64,000 nt of DNA from Acinetobacter phage Acj61, in sequence record GU911519.1, one strand, 5' to 3'. The position numbers were made by a program, and so were the translations under genes. Positions 42,379-51,800 of the stretch are shown one piece after another. The notes under the pieces were generated by a model. It was not told the DNA's origin, made no database searches, and saw nothing but the letters and a program-made list of their open reading frames with translations. Within the stretch, counting starts at the first letter, position 1. Each line of letters opens with the position of its first letter.

Positions 42379-42728
42379 AAATCCTCGATACTAAATTCGT
42401 CTTTAAAAACTTTGTTAACAATCTTAGCTATTATATCACCATGACACGAAAGCGGATGACATGTACAACCTAATTTCATTCCTCTTAAAACTTCCAAATG
42501 GTCCATAGTGATTTCTCTGGCCTTGATCTTTTTGATAAAATATTCTTTGAAGAGAGGAATCGCTTGGTCTCCGTGCTCTTCTCGTGTAAATGGATTTCCC
42601 CAGATCGTTCCTCTCTGGATATTGACATCAAAATCGGAATTGTATTTATTCACAACTCGACAGACTTCGTGCGACCTCCAGAGACGAACTTCTTTAGGAA
42701 TCATTTTTGCTCTCCATGAAGCATCCAA
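42375..42728 (-). CDS. DUF4326-like protein (GNPF...CTCHP..CHG motif)
   Basis: 117 aa with the motifs GNPF and LGCTCHPLSCHGDI. It overlaps the nrdA start. Confidence 0.5.
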   Translation of the reverse strand: MDASWRAKMIPKEVRLWRSHEVCRVVNKYNSDFDVNIQRGTIWGNPFTREEHGDQAIPLFKEYFIKKIKAREITMDHLEVLRGMKLGCTCHPLSCHGDIIAKIVNKVFKDEFSIEDL

Positions 42729-42870
42729 TAACTAGAGCTAGCATTGCAATAGCAAATACTAGTCCAGTTGCCATGAACCCGTAGTTCATGTTATTGGTGC
42801 TTGTGTAAGTTATGGCACCAACTAAGATGCCAAACCAAAACACAATTTCCAGATCAAATAGCCCTTTCAT
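42694..42870 (-). CDS. Small membrane protein
   Basis: About 58 aa from the internal Met, with two hydrophobic segments. Its start overlaps the td stop. Confidence 0.3.
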   Translation of the reverse strand: MKGLFDLEIVFWFGILVGAITYTSTNNMNYGFMATGLVFAIAMLALVIGCFMESKNDS

Positions 42871-42871
42871 A

Positions 42872-43825
42872 TCAAACCGCGATATCAAACTTGATTGGTG
42901 GCAATGGATTGTAGTCAATCAATTCAAAATCTTCAGGAACGTAATCATAAATTGAATCACGTTTATTGAGCTTCAAAATCGGCGAATCGGGTTCATCTTC
43001 ACGTTCAAGATACTCAACTGTTGCATCGATAGCATTTTTGTACACATGACAGTGAGCACCTGAGTGGTACACATGACCAGGTTTCATGCCAAGCTGCTGA
43101 GCAATCATATATGTGAACAATGTTGCTGTCCAAATATTACCCATGCCAACTCCAATAGGATAATCAGCACTTCGTTGGAATAAATGACAGTTGAGTACGT
43201 TCATTTCTCCATTTTCGTCCGGACTAACAATAAAACTATAAAACGCATGACAAGCAGGCAAAATGGCTTGATTGTTCGTGTCTGGGCGCCAAAATGTGAA
43301 ACAGGCTTGTCGTGATTTTGGATTAGCTCGTAACGTGTTTATCACATAATCAAGTTGGTTGAATCCTTTAGATTTCGGATAAATCTTATCTAACATGTGC
43401 TCATCAACATTGTTAAACGGATTTTGTTCTGCAAGTCTACGACTTTCAACTTGCTTGACATCTGCACCGAAATGAATTAAATTGAACCCGTAAACATAAC
43501 CTGCTGAACCTTCGACAAAACCGTGCTTTGTTTCAAATTCTTTAGATTTCCAAGGCGTCCAGATTTTAGCACCCATTGCTTCGAGATCATTAATGTTTGA
43601 TGAACCTGAAATATACCAAAGGACTTCTTTGACAATTGATTTCCATGCAACCTTTCGTTTGGTCAAAACAGGAACACGTTCTGAAATATCATACTTTGTG
43701 TTGATACCGAATTTGGCGACTGTACCTACCCCAGTCCGGTCGCCATCGATATCGAACCCATTGTCAATGATATCACGAAGAGCTAAATCATATTCGCGCA
43801 TTACATAATTAGGGTTCGATTGCAT
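42872..43825 (-). CDS. td: Thymidylate synthase
   Basis: 317 aa, uninterrupted. It has ThyA motifs (DRTGVGT, VLWYISG, active-site LPACHAFYSFIV). Confidence 0.9.
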   Translation of the reverse strand: MQSNPNYVMREYDLALRDIIDNGFDIDGDRTGVGTVAKFGINTKYDISERVPVLTKRKVAWKSIVKEVLWYISGSSNINDLEAMGAKIWTPWKSKEFETKHGFVEGSAGYVYGFNLIHFGADVKQVESRRLAEQNPFNNVDEHMLDKIYPKSKGFNQLDYVINTLRANPKSRQACFTFWRPDTNNQAILPACHAFYSFIVSPDENGEMNVLNCHLFQRSADYPIGVGMGNIWTATLFTYMIAQQLGMKPGHVYHSGAHCHVYKNAIDATVEYLEREDEPDSPILKLNKRDSIYDYVPEDFELIDYNPLPPIKFDIAV

Positions 43826-44037
43826 TAGATTGCTCCTTTCAATTCATAAACCTTGTTTGCGATGAAGCCAATTGCAGTGTTCAGATTTTCATCAGTTTCT
43901 ACATAGGTTGAAGTACCAGTGTCGTTAACAAATGATAGTGACACTGTGAACTCATTGTCTACAGAACAGAATTGGATATCGAGAGAAGCCATTTCTTCGT
44001 TTTTGAATGCGCGTAAGATATTTTTTGCAATGTTCAT
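43825..44037 (-). CDS. Hypothetical protein (frd.x-like)
   Basis: About 70 aa from the internal Met with an ACGAGG SD. It lies between frd and td. Confidence 0.35.
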   Translation of the reverse strand: MNIAKNILRAFKNEEMASLDIQFCSVDNEFTVSLSFVNDTGTSTYVETDENLNTAIGFIANKVYELKGAI

Positions 44038-44038
44038 A

Positions 44039-44563
44039 TTAACCTCGTAGGATGATTTCTTCAGTAACAGTAGTTGTTGGATCAATTATATAACAATGTG
44101 ATTCAGAAGCACGATATTTTTCAATATCATTTAAGAAATTTGATGTCAAAAATTGAGTGACGTCTTTCAGATCAAGTGGATGTACTTTGATCTTAGTTTT
44201 GATTACCTTCTTAGCGAATGGCAATGCAAGTTCAAGAATTTGAGCTCCTCCAATAACAGAGATGACTTTGTCATTGAACTCATTGTTGCGAAGAATCTGT
44301 TCGAAGCCAGTGATTGAAACATATTGATGCGCTTCAGAACCATCTTTCGCTTTAGGACGTCCACGAACTGGGTCATAGACTACAACGTGCTTGCGTCCAG
44401 GCAAGATTCCAGGCAGAGTAGAGAAGGTCTTTGCACCCATAACAAGAGTTGAGCCTTCAGTACGTGCTTTAAAATTTTTGAAGTCTTGACTGATGTGTGG
44501 CCAAGGCATTCCATCTTTGGAGCCAAAGTAGTAACCACAATGAGCGAATACTAATTGAATCAT
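44039..44563 (-). CDS. frd: Dihydrofolate reductase
   Basis: About 174 aa from MIQLVFAHCG with a GAGGAAATTGAAATG SD. The upstream ATG would lie before the promoter-defined transcription start. DHFR fold motifs are present. Confidence 0.9.
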   Translation of the reverse strand: MIQLVFAHCGYYFGSKDGMPWPHISQDFKNFKARTEGSTLVMGAKTFSTLPGILPGRKHVVVYDPVRGRPKAKDGSEAHQYVSITGFEQILRNNEFNDKVISVIGGAQILELALPFAKKVIKTKIKVHPLDLKDVTQFLTSNFLNDIEKYRASESHCYIIDPTTTVTEEIILRG

Positions 44564-44585
44564 TTCAATTTCCTCTATTTCAGAT

Positions 44586-44625
44586 GATAGGACCATTATA
44601 ACAAACAGTTCTAAGAAAGTAAACT
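44586..44625 (-). promoter_or_regulatory. Early promoter upstream of frd
   Basis: Minus strand: GTTTAC-N17-TGTTATAATGGTCCTATCA. Confidence 0.65.
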
Positions 44626-44628
44626 GCT

Positions 44629-45117
44629 TTATGGCTTAAATTTATATGCATTTGTAACATCAATCAATTGCATCAGGATAGCACGAGGTTGGTCAGATTC
44701 TTCCAAATTATCAGTGATAATCCGAGTACGGTTTCTGAAATCCTCATAATGATATGAATCGTCAGGGCCATCAGGAACTGAATGTGTCAGTCTCCACAGA
44801 AGACTTAAAAGGTCCCTATTGATATTCCATTTGGAAACAAGTTCAGTACCATCCTGACACTCCAGAATGACCTGCTTGAGTTCAAAGTCAACGACCACAT
44901 TATAGTTATTCATCAACCAGAGAGCCTTGGTGATGATCATATGTGACTCGACTTTATAATGATTACTATTTGACCATAGTCGTTCTAAGTACCACCACAA
45001 ACCTTCTAACTGAGCATCATCAAAATGCTGTTTAAGATTTAAACAAGGTGCATCAAGTATGCCACCGCAGTTCTTAATCTCCTTTTGAAGTTTGAACAAA
45101 TCATTTATCTGTTTCAT
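44629..45117 (-). CDS. Hypothetical protein
   Basis: 162 aa. The upstream early promoter has its -10 buried in a 14-bp-arm hairpin (45133-45166). Confidence 0.5.
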   Translation of the reverse strand: MKQINDLFKLQKEIKNCGGILDAPCLNLKQHFDDAQLEGLWWYLERLWSNSNHYKVESHMIITKALWLMNNYNVVVDFELKQVILECQDGTELVSKWNINRDLLSLLWRLTHSVPDGPDDSYHYEDFRNRTRIITDNLEESDQPRAILMQLIDVTNAYKFKP

Positions 45118-45132
45118 TTTCTCACCTACACA

Positions 45133-45178
45133 AAAAGGGTATGATAAGATTATATCATACCCTTTTCAAATCGTAAAC
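45133..45178 (-). promoter_or_regulatory. Early promoter with its -10 inside a 14-bp-arm hairpin AAAAGGGTATGATA/TATCATACCCTTTT
   Basis: Minus strand: GTTTAC-N17-TGATATAAT. The dyad is at 45133-45146 and 45153-45166. Confidence 0.6.
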
Positions 45179-45188
45179 TAATTATTGA

Positions 45189-46097
45189 TTAGATTTCGTC
45201 AAGAAGATCATCAAGTGAATCAGTTGCAGCAGGTTTAGTTTCAGCTGGTTGTTCAGCAGTTTGAGTTGGAGCGGCATTAAATTCAGCCATTTGAGAATCA
45301 AAGTTATCCAATTCATCAGCTAATGCATCAGCTTGTTTTGCAGCGTTTGCAGCAGCTCCACCAGAAGCAGAAGTACCAAGAACAGCTTTAAATTCTTCGG
45401 TTAATTTATCCAAAGGTTTGAATTGATCTGGAGAAGCGATAGTTGCAAGATCGAACATGTCGGCATCAAGTGTAGTTTGGAATGCTTCATCATCAATTTT
45501 TGGAATCGCAGTTTGCTTAGCGAATTTAGATTCGTCATAGTTACTGAATCCACCAACTTGTTTCACTTTAAGAACAAAGTTAGCACCATCCCATGGGCAA
45601 GTTACATCAACTGGAGTTTCACCAACTGAAGTATCTACTTCAACCATTGCATTGATTTTGTCCATTACCTTTTGACCAAAACGATATTTGAACACTTTAC
45701 CTTCATTTTCAGGAGTAGTTGGGTCTTTAACAACTAAGATGTTAGCCCAGAATGAAGTTTTGCGTTTGAATTTACCGTAAGCAGCTTTGTCAGTATTGTA
45801 CAAGTCGTTTTCTGAAATGTGTTTACATACTGGGCAGTTATCGAAATCGCCATGAGTAGAAGAACAGTTTTCAGAGTAATATTTTTTGCCAGTACCTTTG
45901 AAGAAGTGATTTACCAATTTAACAAATGGTAGACCTTCAGCACCTTTACCAGGCAAGAAACGAATTAGAGCAGAACCATTACCTTGTGGGTCAAGAGCAA
46001 GTTTCCATTCTTTACCATCAGCTTGATTGTAAGAATTACCACCTTTTAAAGATTGAAGTTGAGCTTGAAGTTGTGCAGGGTCTTTACGTTGAAACAT
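45189..46097 (-). CDS. 32: Single-stranded DNA-binding protein gp32
   Basis: 302 aa against 301 aa in T4. Long blocks are identical ([37 protein letters not shown]). It has an acidic C-terminus. Confidence 0.95.
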   Translation of the reverse strand: MFQRKDPAQLQAQLQSLKGGNSYNQADGKEWKLALDPQGNGSALIRFLPGKGAEGLPFVKLVNHFFKGTGKKYYSENCSSTHGDFDNCPVCKHISENDLYNTDKAAYGKFKRKTSFWANILVVKDPTTPENEGKVFKYRFGQKVMDKINAMVEVDTSVGETPVDVTCPWDGANFVLKVKQVGGFSNYDESKFAKQTAIPKIDDEAFQTTLDADMFDLATIASPDQFKPLDKLTEEFKAVLGTSASGGAAANAAKQADALADELDNFDSQMAEFNAAPTQTAEQPAETKPAATDSLDDLLDEI

Positions 46098-46245
46098 AAT
46101 AATTTCCTTTGGAAGTTTTAAAAGATTTTGAAAGTTGTTTGATGTACGTTTCCGGTTACTACATTCAATTTGATGTACATCGATCAGAATGAATGTTTAT
46201 TATATCATAACAATTTTGAAGCAATCGTTATGATATTATTTATAC

Positions 46246-46896
46246 TCAATATTTCACCGACTTTATCGTTTCCATAAAGAGTTCTTTGCATTGATCGGAA
46301 TCAACAACAAAGAGTTTTCGATAGGCTTTGAGCCGTGTCGAGTATGATGACCAAATGATGTTATCGTGTTGATCATGGTTGTCGACGATATTCATAAAAC
46401 TGTCAAGCATAACAAAGGTTTCAAATGAAATGATACCGCTTTGCAATAATTTGAAGATGTATGATGTTTGTACCTGTTCATTATATACAAAAATTTCTTT
46501 CAGCGCACTGACTTCAACTTTCTTTGCAAAATAATAAATGTTCTTAACATCATCAGCAAATCTAGATTTCACAGCTTTCAGTCTTGCAAGATAGAGTTTG
46601 TAGAATTCGACGGCATCAGAATCACTGATCTCACCGATCCATGCGTTTTCGTTTGCGACTAAGTTGCTGATAAAAATCAAACAAAGTTCTTTAAGGCGAT
46701 ATTTCTGACTAAGCTTTTCAAAGAAAAACTTGTCTCGACGACTGGCATATGATTTATCAGAAACATTCATATTCCAGTCGTACTTAACTACATCATATCG
46801 TCCATTGAAATGGTTTTTCAATTGAAGGTACAGTTTGTATACACTTTTACCATCAATGAATATATTGTTGTTTGGAGGCAACAATAATCTAACCAT
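46246..46896 (-). CDS. 59: Helicase loader gp59
   Basis: About 216 aa from the internal Met. It is colinear with T4 gp59 (IDGKSVYKLYL, ELCLIFISNLVAN, FKLLQSGIISFETF). Confidence 0.9.
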   Translation of the reverse strand: MVRLLLPPNNNIFIDGKSVYKLYLQLKNHFNGRYDVVKYDWNMNVSDKSYASRRDKFFFEKLSQKYRLKELCLIFISNLVANENAWIGEISDSDAVEFYKLYLARLKAVKSRFADDVKNIYYFAKKVEVSALKEIFVYNEQVQTSYIFKLLQSGIISFETFVMLDSFMNIVDNHDQHDNIIWSSYSTRLKAYRKLFVVDSDQCKELFMETIKSVKY

Positions 46897-47197
46897 ACAT
46901 AAATTCCAATGAAGAATGAGTGTTGACCTTTGTCTGAGACGGACGCAATAATCCATCTTCAACAGTTTCGATTTTGATTTTTTCAATTATTGTTGAAGGA
47001 ACATATTTCGAGAACTGATTCTCTGGTATAGATCGTTCTTCCATCCATTGACTCGTTGCTTCGAGATATGTCATCCCTTGTGCAACGTACTCATCAATTT
47101 CTGCTGCAGCCTGTTGTTTATCGACTGCATCAAGAATTGCTTTGTGAGTAGGTTGTTCGGGCTCAAGGCCCGATTCATCACTTAGTAAAAACTGCGT
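46889..47197 (-). CDS. 33: Late transcription co-activator gp33
   Basis: About 102 aa from MTQFLLSDESGL. It matches T4 gp33 (SYLEAT, EENSIPE.QF.K..PS.IIEKI, LLRPS). Confidence 0.85.
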   Translation of the reverse strand, partial: TQFLLSDESGLEPEQPTHKAILDAVDKQQAAAEIDEYVAQGMTYLEATSQWMEERSIPENQFSKYVPSTIIEKIKIETVEDGLLRPSQTKVNTHSSLEFMYG

Positions 47198-47444
47198 CAT
47201 AATCTTCCAATACCTCTTCCGATGCATTTTCAAATTCTTCACGTTGATCTTTGTGATACATGTTCAACATTTTATTGAACTTACCACCTGGATATCCGAG
47301 TTCATCTTGAGCAGTTTTACGCAGTTCACGAATTGCTTCATTTGCACTTTCGATGATAGCACGATGATCAGAGCATTGCTTGATGATGTGATGAAGCTGT
47401 TCACCATGTACCGCTGCGTTATATTCTACTTTCTCTTTAGCCAT
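47178..47444 (-). CDS. dsbA: dsDNA-binding protein DsbA (late transcription enhancer)
   Basis: 88 aa against 89 aa in T4. It begins MAKEK, like T4 DsbA. Confidence 0.85.
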   Translation of the reverse strand: MAKEKVEYNAAVHGEQLHHIIKQCSDHRAIIESANEAIRELRKTAQDELGYPGGKFNKMLNMYHKDQREEFENASEEVLEDYDAVFTK

Positions 47445-47484
47445 TTGAAGCTCCTCAATTAAATTAACTGGATTTGAATAAATT

Positions 47485-47520
47485 TGATAAGACCATTATA
47501 TCACTTCCTTGTGATAGCAA
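47485..47520 (-). promoter_or_regulatory. Promoter upstream of dsbA (-10 TGATATAATGGTCTTATCA; -35 region is TTGCTA/MotA-box-like)
   Basis: It has the conserved -10/downstream module. The upstream element resembles a MotA box rather than GTTTAC. Confidence 0.45.
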
Positions 47521-48588
47521 TCAGAATTGATTGATGTCCTTTAACAATTTTGACATGCCTGATTTCACGAAGTAACCATACATTTTTCCACGAGGCGCAG
47601 GCTTGTAGTTTTTGTACGTTTCGAGAATTGCATCAACCATATCCTGACGAATGTAATCAAAGTCAATCAAGACTCGATTCTGTTTGAAACGAATGAACTG
47701 AGCATCAGCAATGAACTTACCGAGTTTTTCATTGTCGTTGATAAATGGTTCAAAATCTTCAGATTTCAGGCCTTGTAACTTGATGAGTTTGAGAGCTTCA
47801 GTCACACCGTGTTTCTTATGTCCAACTTTCTTCATAACTTCTGCATGAATAGTTTCATACACTTGCTCGTCAGTTTTGCCGACCATTGCTTCGATATAAC
47901 TTGTCGATGTCGGAGGAGTACGTTCAACATCGACTTCATAATTCAACCAGAAATCACCACGAACTTTAATCGCTGCAACACAGTCTTTTCGGTCGCCTTT
48001 AAGAATTTTGACCATACAATCCATTTCTGGAGACTTAGTCTTAACTTTGACGAATTTTTTCTGCATCGGTGAATATTGATCTACATCTTGTAACTTGTGA
48101 AGTTGCGTGAAGTCACCATCTGATGAAATGATACGAACTTTGAAATTACCAGTTGTCGTTAGGTATTTTGCTAAAACTGCAATACAGTCATCGGCCTCAG
48201 CATGATTGACATCTAAGACAATGTATGGCATGTAGTCTTTCAACTCTTGAATTGTGGTCGATAGACCTTCGAAATAACCATCCCAATCGAAAGTTTCTGC
48301 TGACTCTTCACGAGCGATAGCACGATTTCGTTTGTAATAATCTTGTTCTTGGCGTCGCCAATACCCGTAACGGGCGTTATCAACACAGATCACTACTTTG
48401 TTGAAGCCTTCATTTTTGAATTTGAATGCATTGTGCTTTAAGGTACTCAAAATCATATGTCGTACTTCATGAACTGTGAATTTCATTCCAGGTTCGTATG
48501 TTTGCATCACTGTCGCTAATGCGATCTGTGATAAATCGACAAGAAGAACGCCTTCTTTGTCATCGAATAAATGATCTAAATTCATCAT
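47521..48588 (-). CDS. rnh: RNase H / 5'-3' exonuclease (FEN-1 family)
   Basis: 355 aa. Conserved SQIALATV and ISSDGDFTQLHK blocks. It carries a ~50-aa insertion in the C-terminal third relative to T4 (305 aa). Confidence 0.9.
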   Translation of the reverse strand: MMNLDHLFDDKEGVLLVDLSQIALATVMQTYEPGMKFTVHEVRHMILSTLKHNAFKFKNEGFNKVVICVDNARYGYWRRQEQDYYKRNRAIAREESAETFDWDGYFEGLSTTIQELKDYMPYIVLDVNHAEADDCIAVLAKYLTTTGNFKVRIISSDGDFTQLHKLQDVDQYSPMQKKFVKVKTKSPEMDCMVKILKGDRKDCVAAIKVRGDFWLNYEVDVERTPPTSTSYIEAMVGKTDEQVYETIHAEVMKKVGHKKHGVTEALKLIKLQGLKSEDFEPFINDNEKLGKFIADAQFIRFKQNRVLIDFDYIRQDMVDAILETYKNYKPAPRGKMYGYFVKSGMSKLLKDINQF

Positions 48589-48599
48589 GAACTCCGTTC

Positions 48600-48650
48600 G
48601 TTAATGTTGGTACCATTATATTATACTACGCATTAAGCAATAAATAAATA
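48600..48650 (-). promoter_or_regulatory. Candidate middle promoter upstream of rnh (MotA box TTGCTTAAT, -10 TATAATATAAT)
   Basis: Minus strand: TATTGCTTAATGCGTAGTATAATATAATGGTACC. Confidence 0.4.
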
Positions 48651-48862
48651 CAAGATAATCGAATCTTTTGTGCACAGCACAAACTGCGCAGCAGACAGTC
48701 TATCTGACCGAACAGATAAATTAGAGCGGATGAAGCAGCTGAAGCTATTATAACATATCAAAAATATTAAGCCCTAGCTTTGTCGGTTTGATCGATCAAA
48801 TTTTAATCACACACAGATACGATCACATTTAATAAATAGTTCATATACTAAAAGGAACTCAC

Positions 48863-51800
48863 ATGTCTGAATTAATCAAAACCAAATTCCGTGCATCATA
48901 TGGTCTCGATGCAGCAGGTGAGAAAGTTGTAAACGTTGCATTGGCTGATCGTACAGTGATGACCGATGGCGTTAACGTTGCATATCTCATCCAAGAAAAT
49001 ACTCTTCAAAAGTATGACCCAACACGTTCATACCCAGAAGGATTTGCTGTCATCTACCAAAACCGTACATGGACAGCAGTACGTGATACGCCTAACCCAG
49101 CTGGCCCATTCGATGAATTGTACTGGAAAGCTCTTCGTAGTGACCCAAAATGGATTCCAATCAATGCAGGTGTTCGTGCTTTAGAAGTAGGTAACTACAT
49201 CGCAGTCGACACCGCTCCAGGCAACGATGTTGAACTAACACTCCCATCCAATGCACAAACAGGCGATACCATTGTTGTCAAAGATATTGGTGGTCGTACA
49301 GGTTATGCTTCAGTAATCATCAAAGCTGGTCAACAATCGATTATCGATCGTGGTAAGCAACTTCAACAAGCACAAATGACAGTTCCTTACTCAGAATATG
49401 TGTTTGTCTTCGTAAATCGTTTATGGCACTTATACAACGGCTCAGAAGCTGATGGTGTCAAATATGTCACTACAGCAGGTTTAGGTGAACTCCAAGCATC
49501 AGACGTAGTTGTTCGTCAATATGATCGCTTGCAGCCAATCAAAGTGCGTTTCCCTAAGTATGCTAATTCTGGTGACATTATCTATTTCATGGGTATGAAT
49601 AACATCAATGCTTTAGAACCATACTACCACTTAGAACTTGAAACTGCTGATGCTAACTCAAGTATCTTTGAACCGGGTGTGAAATCTCGAGTTATCTATC
49701 GTTCATTGAGTGGTTACTTCGTATTCGATTCTTCAACCAAAACTTGGATTCTATTTGACAGCGACACAACAGATCGTCTTCGTACCGTTTCAGGCGACAC
49801 AAACTTGTTCCCGAACGAGACTGTTTCTGTAGTAGGCACAAATAACACAGACCCATCTTCATTGACTTTGACTCTTCCAAAGAATGTTGATGCTGGTGCT
49901 CAGATCACAGTTGCATTGAATTATATGCGTCGTGGTCAAACTGTAAACATTGCTACACTTGCTCCTGACATGATCTTGACAAGTAAAGAATTGATGCAGT
50001 TCCCTAAACGTTCAAAATATCCGCCAGAAGGCAACTGGGTCAACACAAATAAATTGACTTTCAACGGTGCTGCTGATTATCCACCAATCATCACATTCGC
50101 TTATATCCCTATGGGACCAGTAGGTGCTCCACCAGTTCTTGGTCAATGGATGGTTGTAGAAAACGTTCCACAGTTAGAACGTGTTGACCCATCAACTGAT
50201 GCTACTCGTGCTCGTTTAGGTGTTATCGCATTAGCGACTCAAGACCAAGCAAACTTGAATCATGAAGACATCACTGATGCATCTCGTGAAATTGCTATCA
50301 CACCAGAAACTTTAGCGAATCGTACAGCGAATAAAACTCGTCGCGGTATTGCTCGAATTTCAACTGATGCAGAGAATCAATATCCAACTAATGACTCACG
50401 TTATTTAGACGATGTTATTGTAACTCCAAAAATGTTGAATAACAAGCAAGCTACTGAAATCATGCGTGGTATTGCTGAAATCGCTGATCAAGGTGAAGCG
50501 AATGGTTCAACTGATGATGCACGAATCATCACAGCTAAGAAATTAGATGCTCGACGTGCTAACCCTGACATGGCTGGTGTAGCTCCGGTTGTACGTGCAG
50601 GCGGTGCACCTGTAACAGGCACAGGTAAGACTCGTGATGATAAAGGTACATTGATTTATGATTTTGATGACTACTCAAATATCGTAACTCCAAAAACTCT
50701 TCGTGAATACATTGCTACCACATTATCTCTTGGTTCTGTGTACATTGCTACAAATGCCGAAGTTATCGCTGGAACAGCTACAGATGCTAAGCATCCTATC
50801 GTTGTTACACCTGCTGATTTGCATTCAAAAACTGCTACAGAAGCTCGAATTGGTTTCTCTGAAATTGCTACACAAGATGAAACGAATGCTGGTACCGATG
50901 ACTTCCGATTCATCACTCCAAGGAAACTTGCTGGACGTGGTTCATCAGAAACAATGACAGGCGTCGTTCGAATTGCTACACAAGGTGAATTCGATGCAGG
51001 TGTTCTTGACAACGTATTCAGTTCTCCATTGAAAGTTAAGACTCATTTTAACTCAACTGCACGTACAACTGTTGATCAAACTTCTGGTCTTCGTGAATCT
51101 GGTACATTATGGGGACAATATTCTCTTAATATCCTTCAATCAACTGAAGCTCAACGTGGTTCATTACGAGTTGCTTCACAAGCATTGACTGATGCAGGTG
51201 TTGATGACCTGACCGCTGTGACTCCTAAAAAGTTACAAGCTAAGAAAGCGACAGAAGCTGTTGAAGGTATTGTACAAATCGCTGATAACGCTGTTACTGC
51301 AGCTGGTGCATCAAACAGCCGTGCTGTGAGTCCACAAAGTCTCAAATACGTGATGCAAGATCATATTGACTGGGAAGCTACTACAACTCGTCGTGGTACA
51401 GTTAAGATGACTGAAGGCGCATTGACTTGGTCAGGTAACGATACACAGGGTAACACAAAACCTGTCGATCAGTTCTTCAAGTCAGGTTATGCAATTTCAC
51501 CATTTGAATTCATCTCAACATTGTCTCATTACTTGCCTATCAAAGGTAAAGCATTTGATTCTGATTTGTTAGATGGAATTGACAGTACTCAATTCATTCG
51601 TCGTGATATTGATCAAGTTGTTGATGGAGCTTTGACTCTTAATAAGACATTGACTACTAAGAATGTAGTTGCTAGTGGTAACTCTACAGTTACAATAGGC
51701 ACAACTGGTTCTGGTGTATTAAATGACGATCAAGATAAATTGTTATTGACTCCGCCTACTCACACAGCAGGTCCTTGGAAATTTGCTATCAACGATGGCG

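Noticed and set aside
38920-43825. Possible group I introns or homing endonucleases in nrdB, nrdA or td, as in T4
   Set aside because: All three genes are single continuous ORFs of near-canonical length. No intron-like interruption or internal endonuclease ORF is present.
44564-44596. Upstream start MVLSSEIEEIEM for frd
   Set aside because: That ATG lies at or upstream of the transcription start predicted from the early promoter at 44586-44625. The internal MIQLV start has a perfect SD.
46897-46986. Long N-terminal extension of gp59 (MKKSKSKLLKMDYC...), giving 246 aa
   Set aside because: T4 gp59 homology begins at the internal Met (MVRLLLPP), giving 216 aa against 217 in T4. The extension would also fully overlap the gene 33 C-terminus.
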